Positions 26,741 through 36,915 of a stretch of DNA of 64,000 nt are shown one piece after another. Source of the stretch: Rhina ancylostomus (lineage: Eukaryota); assembly GCA_030265395.1 (NCBI GenBank), contig JARFYF010000029.1, forward strand, positions 22,812,875 to 22,876,874. The letters run 5' to 3'. The position numbers and the translations under genes are program-made. Every line of letters begins with the position of its first letter. Positions within the stretch are counted from its first letter, which is position 1. Below the pieces are notes generated by a model. The model was not told the DNA's origin, searched no databases, and saw nothing but the letters and a program-made list of their open reading frames with translations.

Positions 26741-27218
26741 TCAGTGCCACAGCCGTCCATAGACGGCAGTGAGGAGCGGCTTGGAACCGGGTCCGCTGCT
26801 GAGATCCCTGACTTCGGAAGCGGCGGAGCGTGCTCGTCTCCTGCTCTTCTCCTCACGACCCCTCTGTGCTTTGCGCCTGCTATTCTTGCCTTGCTTCTTC
26901 CTCTTGCCATTCTTCTTTGCGTTCTGGTATTTTAAAGCACCGGGCTTGTTAGTCTCTTGCAACTGCTCCAGCGGCGTCTTGGTCCCCTCGTTGTTGCTGT
27001 TGTTAGCTGCCAGTTTGATGAGTAGCACAGCGAGGTCCGGCGTGTCCGGCCACGTCGCCGGGTGTTTGGGATTGCGAGGCGGTTGTGACTGAGCCAGTCC
27101 CCGGCCCTCTGCTGTGTGCAGCTCGCCCATTACATTGTTCAGCCAGATCCGCCTCTGCAGCTCCTGGATCGACCTGCTCTTGTCATGCATGAACTGGTGC
27201 TCCGAGACAGACCTCTTC
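26741..27218 (-). CDS. PTHLH: Parathyroid hormone-related protein, mature-peptide exon
   Basis: Acceptor tgtgttttgtag|G. Encodes KR-SVSEHQFMHDKSRSIQELQRRIWL..LHTAE (PTH-family 1-34), QETNK, a basic NLS (KKNGKRKKQGK..RRRARSA) and a TGA stop. The exon continues to a donor at 26713/26712. Confidence 0.96.
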
Positions 27219-27913
27219 CTACAAAACACAGACACGAGATTTGTATTATTTTAGATTAGAAAGCTCGGCACAAGCTCAAGTACCAGTTCTGACCACTTCA
27301 AAACTCGACAATTAAATTCCGATCGACCGTACCAAGAACGCTCTGAACTGCATTCCAACTGAATTTACTACGCTGGAGTTATTGTAGAATCAACATTCTT
27401 AACACACGCTGTTTCCTTTTGGAAAGGTTTTATGCCGTTCATTTCCAGATGCCAGCGTCAAATATACAACGCCCAAAGCAAAAGATCGGTCCGAACACAG
27501 CCCTACGCGTTAAATCAATACACCCGAGTGCGCGGCGTTTCGAAAAACCTCTACAACTGGATGGCAGCACAGCGCTTCTGTCGAGATAAGCGCCGTGCGC
27601 AGGGTGAAAAAACGGGATCAGTTACTGACCCAAAGTGCTGGCAGCGCAGCGAGCACAAATTCTTCACTTTGTAGTTTCTGTATTATAAAACCACGAACGT
27701 TTCCGCGACCCGAATACCCTTCAGACTAAAGCTGGCGAAAACCAGCAAATCAGGTGCAATACCAAATAAAAAAAACCAGGACAATTTATGCTCATTAAAT
27801 AGAAAGCTCTATCCTTTTTTTGTATTTGACAGGGAGTCACTTGAATGCTGCGTGCACCCTGCAGTCTAAAACTGGACTGTACGCTCACTTTCTACTAATA
27901 GGTAAAAGCTTAC

Positions 27914-28020
27914 TTTATATTGGAGATTTCGTCCACTGGTTTCCCATATGTAGCCATTGAACAACATAAGAGAAATATCGCCAAGCTCAGATGCTGAAAC
28001 AATCTTCTGGTGTTCGACAT
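27914..28020 (-). CDS. PTHLH: PTHrP prepro (signal peptide) exon
   Basis: MSNTRRLFQHLSLAIFLLCCSMATYGKPVDEISNI is a signal/pro sequence. Donor AA|GTAAGC (phase 2) joins the next exon to give a KKR convertase site. Upstream acceptor cgcag| at 28036/28035. Spliced CDS is 585 nt, giving 194 aa (38 prepro + 156 mature). Confidence 0.95.
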
Positions 28021-28189
28021 TTCACCTCTCCCAACCTGCGAATACATGAGTTTGCGAGTTATAATTAAGTACAGGATTGAATCCCACCAGCTTCTACGTA
28101 CGATCTCAAGTCTTTCCACAAGAAAACTGTGAAAATCGTAAAACATTGTTACACTACACATGTAAACCGACTCCTCTTCCCTCACTTAC

Positions 28190-28720
28190 TTCAGGGTGGC
28201 CAGTTCCTGCGACGTTTGACTGAATTTGACGCTTTACTGAACAATAGCGGTCTTAAGGTGCTCTCGAGGACGAAACAGAAAGGTAAATGGATTGCAAAAG
28301 TTTATCCAGCCGTGCAAATGAGTCTTTTAAAAACCATGCCAATTCAGCTGGATCGCCTGCTGTAGGACCATCGACAGCGTGCTGCGTGTTTGGAACCAGC
28401 CGAGCCTCTGTTACGCCAGAGACGTGCAGAGCAGCGCCCAGAATTCCAGAATTCCAACTCACTAATCAAATTAAAGACACAGTATCCCCCTGCACCGTCG
28501 CATCGGGCACATTCACGGTAAAAGTGAACTTTAAAATAGCTCACCTTTCTTTAAATCCCAACTTGTTTTAAAAGCTGGGTCCTCTTTTGGAAACATTCAA
28601 ACCGAGAATGTCCATTATCTAACCTCTAGGTATTTAAAGAAGAATTGAAATGGCAATCGGTTCGTTGAAGTTTATAGGAACATGAAGTTCTGATATAATA
28701 GTTAGCACTTCATCCAGAAT
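28190..28720 (-). promoter_or_regulatory. Candidate PTHLH 5' non-coding exon and proximal promoter
   Basis: Strong donor GAA|GTAAGT at 28190/28189, 154 nt upstream of the prepro-exon acceptor. CpG-rich, with a TATA-like TATTATATAT near 28700-28691. The TSS cannot be determined from sequence. Confidence 0.5.
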
Positions 28721-30572
28721 ATCTGCCAATTTTACAACAACTATGCCGGTCGCGCATCTTACGTGTGTGCATTACAGAGATTCCTGGAAGGTCTGACCTT
28801 GCAAAAGTGATACTAGGAAGTTCAAACTGTTGAACATCATCAACCCATCTAAGACTCACCAGTACATTGATTGATAACTTACTAGAGCCGAATTCAGGTC
28901 GCAAGTTTGGGCAGGTCTCCGAATTCACAGTTTTCAATGGCACTCAGTATGTTTCTTTGAAACTAGAACTGGATCTTCGCCGAACAGATTCGAGACTAAT
29001 AAAAGAAATAAACGAGTTTAGCTCTTGCATGTGCCGCGCATGCTTACCGCACCGATTCTGCCCAGGGTTTCCCAGTCCGAGACCTAGCCTTGATAAGCAC
29101 CTTTTCTCTGACATCACGCCGCGTTAATTTGCGTTTGACTAAGTCATCGCCGGTTTGATGCTGTTGAACACATCTGCATAGTTATGCAAAACCAGTGAAT
29201 TGGAACAAAAAGGACAATCATTAAAGAAAAAAAATGTTGGCAATGGTCTCACGAAGGTTAACAATAAAATGGACTTCGTTATAGTCTCAGGCAACTGCAG
29301 CCAGGTAGCAATCACTTTGTCAGCAGAACTTCTTTCTCTGGCTCCAAAAGCAAGAGCCATTACTGGCGAGGAAACACGAGAAATCCCCTCCTCTGTGCTG
29401 CATGTTTCGTGTCTTTGACGAAGAAATCTTAATTTGAGACAATTAAGTTTAAAACGGCAAGTCTTCTGATAAGTTATTGACTTGTAACATTAACTGGTTG
29501 ACCTAAAACATTTACTTTTTATTCTCCCACCTGTCCACAACTTGACGCCCTTGAGTGAAAGTAAAATTATGTTCGGTAGCTGAATCAATTCATACCCGGT
29601 ATGTTGTATACGTTTGTCTACTGTCGATATAATTGTATAGATTTGGCTTTGAAACGACCGCGATACATCGGATATTATGTCTGGTACGGCATAGCATTCT
29701 CACAATATGGGTATTTGGTATTGCCTGTATACAATGAAACCAGTATTCTTCAGTCTTATTAGCACCAACATGTGCACCAACTCTACTTCTTTCGCATTTA
29801 AAAGCAAGGAAAGTGTACATTCATTAACAAGCACCCTCCACTGAAACATGGGGATGTTATGGTCCGGTCAGTACCGATTAACACGGAGGAAATATCATAA
29901 GCGCTTCGATTTTGCAGCCAATTGCGTAACACTGAGAGCTGTCCATGGTGATTACTAGATTTGTTCTTTGTCGAGAAAATTAAATCATAATTGGTTAAAA
30001 GACAGGGAAAATGCTTTGCAAAGCTATCTACAGGTCCTTGATGGAAATGCTTGTGATTTGATGCTTTCTGATGATTCTCTGAAGGAGGAAATTAGAATAT
30101 TCCTCGGTATACCTTTATTTATTTCAGCGTCGACATTAGTAAGTTTTCCTTACTGCAGTGTAAACATATGTAATGACGGAAACATGCAAAAAAATCTTGA
30201 TTAATTTAACAAAAATGACAATAAAATCGTATAAACCCGATTATTAATTATAAACTATAATTTAAGCTCGTAATTTAAACGTTGATTTATGATCGATGTT
30301 AGGTCTTTCTTTCGCACGTATGGTTTGGCTGCCACTGAAACGGGAATGCTAGATTCTAGCTCCCATGCTACATTTCTAGTTCACCATCTAGTTCATACCA
30401 AATCCAAACTTCACCTTGTCCGAGATCTTAAGAAACCAAGGGATAGGAAAATGCCGGAAATACTCAACGGACCAGAAAAAATGGAATCATTGTTGCAGAC
30501 TGATGATCTTTCATCAGAACTGGTCAGTTTTCTGAAATTGTTTAAGCCATCCCTGAGTCCCAAGGCTATGGC

Positions 30573-30924
30573 TGTCATGGTTCTGAGTTCTGGCCCTCAA
30601 TTTGGCTCCTTTAATGCCTTGTTNNNNNNNNNNNNNNNNNNNNNNNNNNNNNNNNNNNNNNNNNNNNNNNNNNNNNNNNNNNNNNNNNNNNNNNNNNNNN
30701 NNNNNNNNNNNNNNNNNNNNNNNGTGGTGTACTCTAGAGCAGTCCTGTGTTCTCTATTCCTTTGTGAAGATCCAGTTCATGTTGGGATTCCTCTTCTGAT
30801 TTCCGAGGCAAGATTCCTTCCAGTTACTGCCTGTGTTTGTCCTGAGGAAGCATCCTGACTCCAGTCTTGTCTCAGTGTGCCGCATTTGGGTTCTCTGAGT
30901 TTGCTCCGTATCAACATTGTGACA
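30573..30924 (+). mobile_element. Solo LTR, Gypsy family (copy B)
   Basis: TGTCATGG...TGTGACA termini. 5-bp TSD ATGGC at 30568-30572 and 30925-30929. Opposite orientation to copies A, C and D. Confidence 0.9.
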
Positions 30925-31334
30925 ATGGCGCGCCAAATCGGAAGTTGGTTTGCTGTTCCTCGGGCTGACATCGGACTTTGTTGGAACACTGCAAGAGGCG
31001 AAAGACGAAGAATGGAGTGCGATGGCCAATAAATGTGGCAGATAATTGGAAGACCAGGGCACCCTTGTAGATGGAGGTGTTCAGCAAAGTGGCGACTCAA
31101 TCTGCTTCCGGTTTCGCCAATGTAAAAGATTCAACAGTGAAATCTGATTGTCCTACACCGCACTCTTGCACTGTCCTCCCATTCTTCGCTCTTGAAACCA
31201 GTTGTTTAATAATCAGTTCACAATTGTCAGCACTGAATTGGAGCCACTTTCCTCATGAAGCTCAGATGGAAATTCCTAGAACTTGAGTCTTCCATTTGTT
31301 TTTTTTGCCGGCAACCAATACTTATTGTGTTACG

Positions 31335-31425
31335 CACACAAAATGCTCGTGGAACTCCGCAGGTCAGGCAGCATCTATGGAGGGGAATGAACAGTCAACG
31401 TTTCGGGCCGAGGCCCTAATCAGGG
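31335..31425 (-). repeat. Penelope pLTR fragment with hammerhead-like core
   Basis: Minus strand CTGATTA-GGGCC-TC-GGCCC-GAAAC followed by the shared atagatgctgcctgacctgc motif. Confidence 0.65.
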
Positions 31426-32499
31426 TGACATTGTGTTATTTTATTTCTTAGTACTGTGTCCATCTAACCTCGACTACGGATTGCATTACTTTGGCAATAG
31501 TTTGTGTTTCACGGGTTTTCAAGGTGGTTCTCCTAACACCATTTGTGGTGATTTGACAGTGTTTTTTGCTTTTTAATGCCGTGGTCAATCTGCGATGTTT
31601 TCTCTTTAGTATAAACAATCACCACCCTCTCCATTGGAATATACATTGTCGCCTGTGACGTGTGAATTCGGATGTGCTTTTAGGCAGTGGTAGGATATCT
31701 GAATGTACGATACTATAGATTCTATATAGTGATTTTATATTAAATATGACGTGTCCTCGTGTATCTGGCTCCTGATATGCATATCGTGTATAGCTGATGG
31801 CTCCCTGAAAGCAGACTTGGCGGGATTTGCTAAGCTTGGCCACCACGAGATGAGTCTTGGAAAATGTACTTTGGTAAGGCTGCCAGTTGCAGTTGCATGA
31901 TACCATAGGGAGTCAGCCAGCCAACAGCACCAGCTTACGCCAACATGAAAGTGGTTTTATACTGCCTGGCTGGAATTGCATTAACCTGGCCAGAAGACAA
32001 TCTACGTATATTTTTAAATGCACGCAAATAACTCCAAGAAGAAAAGAAATACTTGCATGAGGACAATTTGCTATGTATTTAGATCTACTGTAGATGGTTT
32101 CTCAGGTTGAATGGTGCCAGTCATTCTTGCGGGTATTCGAAGCATTTCACTTTTATGAGCATTGGCTCAGACTTTACCCACGGTAGTGGGGTCAGAGGTT
32201 ATAATAGTGACCTAAATGGGAGTCGCGTGCGTTTCACCAATGTCTCCCATGCAGAGCAAGTGACGATAGACGAGGAGAGGCTTTGTTCAAATTGTGAAAC
32301 GTCATTAACAAGAGTTGCAGTTACGATCAGACTCCCAGGTTCATGGAAGCTCACGCCGCAGAACGTGCTGTGTACCTGGCGACTGAAAAAAAAAGCAGCC
32401 CCATTTTCTAACTCTTTGACCACGGTCTCTTAGATTACGGAGCACGAAGCCCTGAGCTCAGTAGTTTTTCGATGTGATGAATATTTCCTCGTCTACCAC

Positions 32500-33160
32500 C
32501 AGCTCGTGGGTTTCAGAAACGCATGAACCTCTGGCGAATATTTTTCTCAACTCCCCTCAGATTCTTCTACCAGTAAATGTATTCTGCTGCCCCAGTTACT
32601 GATCTCCTTGCTAAGGGGAAATACTTCCTTCCTACCCGCTCTACCAAAGCTTCTCTTAATTTTACACTTCTCAATTCAATATCTCCTTGCATTCCTCTTT
32701 TCCAAAGAAAATCATTCCAGTACAGCCAATCTTACCCCCTTACTTTCATGCCAGGGTGACATTTATACTCTGTCCTGTGCAGTCATATCCTTCCCGTGGC
32801 ATAGTGACCAGAACTGTATTCAATACTCTGCCTTTGAGCTAACCAGTCGTTCATACCATTCAATTAAGACCTCCTGCTTTTTTTTATTCTTGGCCTCAGT
32901 CAATAGAGGAAAGAGTCTCACATGCCTTCCCTCTCCTCACCTACCTGTCCTACTATCTTCAGGAATCTATGGACCTGCACTGCCAAGCCTCTCTACATGT
33001 CTGTGTCCCATTATGTATAATGTATTCCTTTGTCTTGTTTGCTCTGGTCAGATGTGTTACTTCACGAATGAATTCCATTTGCTGTTTTTTTTACCCAATA
33101 GATTAGCTCGTTGATATTTTTCTGCACTCTACAGCTTTCTTCTCCACTACCAACTACATG
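32500..33160 (-). mobile_element. Decayed CR1 fragment
   Basis: Reverse-strand LVxSKxEYxIQFWS-like (gaccagaactgtattcaatactc) and flanking CR1 RT C-terminal remnants. Confidence 0.6.
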
Positions 33161-33899
33161 GCCAACAAGATCCCGAGCAATGACAATTGGATCACATTTC
33201 TTCCAGAATGTTTTTCACATTTGAAATATTGTGACTTTTGACATTTTCATACACACAACAGTTACTGTATAAGTGCATGCATTAAGATCCCACAGACTAT
33301 GCACCAATTAATCTCTATTGGTGGCAATGTTTGAGATTACACTTTAGCTTGATTTGGCCTACCCAATGTGGGCAGCCTCTCCACACCAAGGTGTGGGGTT
33401 ATTCATAGCTTGTGAACCACCAGTTGAGGGCAGAGATTTGTGCCAGGTCTCTGGCATTTAGGTTTCTGGTAGAGAAGCACACACCACATCATTTTCAAAG
33501 TACAGCAGGGTATGTATTGGAGTGTTTGGACTGGAGGACGAGAGTAAAAAAAGAATTCAGAACTCTTCTTCTGTAAGGAAAAACCAGAAGAGAAAATCCA
33601 TCTTCACAGAATGAGCTTTGCCATCAAGAAAGAGGTAGTCCGGCATGTCAGTGACTCTCCTTGTGGAATTAATGAACACCTTGTAACCCTTTGACTTATT
33701 CTAAAACAGAATCAGCACACTCTAGTCATTAATGCAAATGTCCTGACCCTGGGAGCTTCAGATGAGGCTTAAGGAAAACTTCTACTCCAGCCTTGAAAAA
33801 CTCTGATCCACATCCCAATCAGAGACAAACTGTTTTTCCTTTGAGACTTCAATGCCAGGGTGGGAAGGGGCACAACCACCTGGCAAGGCACATTGGTAA

Positions 33900-34410
33900 G
33901 GAAGAAGTAGGAACAACACCTTATATTCTGCCTTAGTAGTCTCCAACCCGATGGCATCAATATCGATTTCTGGCTGTGTCATCCCACTGGCCCCTTTAGC
34001 CCTCCTTTTCCCCTCTTCACCCTGATGACTTGCCCATCATCCACACCTTCCTTCGTCTGGTTCTCCATTTCCTTTTCTTTATTCCACGGTCCACTGCCCT
34101 CTCCTATCAGATTTCATTTTGTTCAACCCCTTGCCTCTTCCACCTATCACCTCCCAGCTTCTCTCATCATTTGCACTCCCCCCTACCTACCTCCCCCCTC
34201 ACCTGGATTCAGCCATCAGCTCATACTCCTCCCCATATCCCCACCCTTTTATTCTGCCTTCTGCCCTCTTTCTTTCCCATTCTTGATGAAGGGTCTTGGC
34301 CCGAAACTGTTCATTTCCATCCATAGATACTGCCTGACCTGCCGAGTTCCTCCAGCATTTTCTATGTGTTGCTCCAGATTTCCAGCATCTACAGTCTCTC
34401 TTGTGTCTTC
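33900..34410 (+). mobile_element. Penelope-like 3' fragment and pLTR inserted in the RTE
   Basis: EQHLIFxLxSLQPDGINIDF ORF end, a pyrimidine tract, then cttgatgaagggtcttggcccgaaac and the conserved pLTR end. Confidence 0.8.
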
Positions 34411-36614
34411 AATTGTGCCCTTATCTTGAAAAATCCTTGATGCATGGTCTTGTCATTATAAATACCATGTTTCATCAGAGGAACAAACACAAGATGTCAC
34501 AGCAACACCCTACAAGCATCAGCAGCTATTAGAATATATCATCAGCTGAGTGAGGGTGACAAATATATCCACATCATCCATGCCACGACATATACCAATG
34601 ACTACTAGAATGATACCACCTAATCTAATCTACTATCTTCATCAACCTAGAAAATGTCACCAAAGCATTACCAGAAGAAGATCAATGTTGAAACTTTCAT
34701 GGACTCCACACAGTTAGTTCTTTTCAGCCAATGCATTCGAGGCCACTTGTCAACTCCCAGCCAACTGGAGCTGCAGGGAGTCCACAGCTTGTGGGCAGTC
34801 TTAAAGCTTGCCATAATTTGTATTTGTGAAGAGACTCCTGGCTTCTCCATCAAGAAGAACCAGGACTGGTTTGATGAGAATGACCAGGAGATCGAGAAAT
34901 GAGATAACCACAAGCACACCAAAAACAGAAAATTATGGAAATGCTCAGCAGGTCAGGCCACATCTCTGAGGATGTGAAGAGAACTGCACCTCCAGAAATG
35001 TTTGATGCTTTGCACGTAAGTGTGATCCTGGTGGGTTTGAATTCTGAAGTGAAGAATTTCAGTTGGAATTCACGTTGGATGAGTTGGAGCCAAAGATATT
35101 TGCTAAGGAAAGAGATGTGGCTGTGGAAGTGGGTTTTTGTCAACATCTTATCAAAGACCAGGAGGGAAAAGGCACAACAGAGGGTGAACAAGGTGAGAGA
35201 GACAGACGGAAATCCCAGAGTAGAACTTCTTCAGGTCGGGCATTCCTGGAAGAGAAGTGGCACTGAATTCAACAGGTAAGTGAAAGTGAAAAAAACTGCA
35301 GATTATGGGATTCTAAAACAAAAATAGAAAATGCTGGAAATACTGGGATACATCCTGTCCTGCTGAGTATTTCCAGAATTTTCTGCATTTGTGGTAGATG
35401 TCCAGAATCTTCAGTTTTTTTTTCATGTACAGCTACAAACATAAGGTTGTTCCTACATTGGAAGCTCCATCATTTCTCCGGGGAAATAACATCTCTGCAG
35501 GCAACAATGTAAAAGCAACCAAACACTTAATGCTCCACTCCACTGAGAGCCAAAACTGGGGATGAAATCATCAAGTACAGAGAGACACTCAACACACTCT
35601 GGAAGGAACACATCAACGATTTTCTCAATTGTTATATGATCCCCCTTGACACATTTCCATTGCACCTATTCAGGCCAGCCTTGTCATCACTCCTGACTGA
35701 CAAGGTGTCAAAAAGACCACATTCAACTGAAAAACTAACAAGGCCTTTGGAGCAGATGGCATCCCCCCTGAAATCCTAAAACTCAGTCAATAAAGCCATG
35801 AATCCACAATCTCATTGTCTTCCTCTGGGAAAAGAAGGATTATACCAAGGAATCTTAGAGATGCTGTAATTATGACCATCTTTAGAAAAGGAGGCAGACC
35901 CTTCTATGTAACAACAGGAACATCTGCCTGTGGTCCGCCACAAATAAAATCATCACTAGAGTCTTCTTCAACTGCTTTCTCCCTGTGGCCAAGCAGTTGC
36001 TCCTCAAATTGCAGTATGGATACCATTCATCTAAACTCCCAGAAGGCATGAATGTTACCATATAAAAACTCCGAGAAAAATATGAGGAGCAGCAACGTTC
36101 ACTATACATGGTCTTCTTCAACCTCTCTAAAGTCCTTGATTCCATCAATCTAGATGGACTGTGGTGTACACTCTTTAAATTCAGATGTCCATAGAAATTC
36201 ACCCTGATCTTACATTTGCCCATGATCCTAGCCAATATATTTACAGGACTACTGATCTCACTAAAGGTCAGTGTCAAGCAAGCTTGTGTCATTTCCCTGC
36301 ACATTTCTCAGAACTTCTCACTATATGGTTCCGCTTTACTTCTTGCAAGAGTTGACATAATCCTCAGAAGGAGCAGGGAAACTATTCAACCTATGGCAAT
36401 TGCACTTCAGAACCTCTGTAGTCAAGTGGCACCATGCAGATGGCACTTGTGGTGTGCACACTCAGCAGCTAAGGTCCAAGCCATTGTTGACTTTGCACCA
36501 AAGCATTCAAGAGAATTGGCCTTACAATCAAAATCTACAAGACAAAGATCTTCTCCCAACCTGCCCCAACTGCACCACACTAACAGCAAGGCCCTAGAAA
36601 ACGTGGGCCACTTC

Positions 36615-36915
36615 TTTTTTATTCCAAAATAAACTTTATTCATCATAAATAAAAGAAAACCATATACCACAATAAAACAGTGCAAACCTTTACATTCATG
36701 TACAGATCCATCATTAGTGTTACCTTTTTATATAAAAAACGTGGCATCGATGCTACTCATGTGGCTCCCTGGAGGGCTACCTAATCCTATATTTACAATA
36801 TTTAAGGGGCTTTCTCGCCTGAACCCGCCCCTCCCTCTCTAGTGGCAGAAGAATCCTAAACTGTAGTCCTTCCCCACCGAGCCCTTGCATTGGCTGCACC
36901 CAGCTTCAGTGCCAC
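36615..36915 (-). mobile_element. Probable L1/Tx1-like 3' end inserted in the RTE
   Basis: Minus strand ends aataaagtttattttggaataaaaaa. The segment interrupts RTE collinearity. Family assignment is by recognition only. Confidence 0.5.

Noticed and set aside
26713-27092. Antisense and alternative-frame ORFs over PTHLH
   Set aside because: Shadows of the GC-rich, Lys/Arg-rich coding exon, with non-ATG starts and no independent evidence.
28021-28185. N-terminal extension of the PTHLH prepro ORF
   Set aside because: Starts at a non-ATG codon and runs through a predicted intron (28189-28036). The signal peptide starts at ATG 28020.
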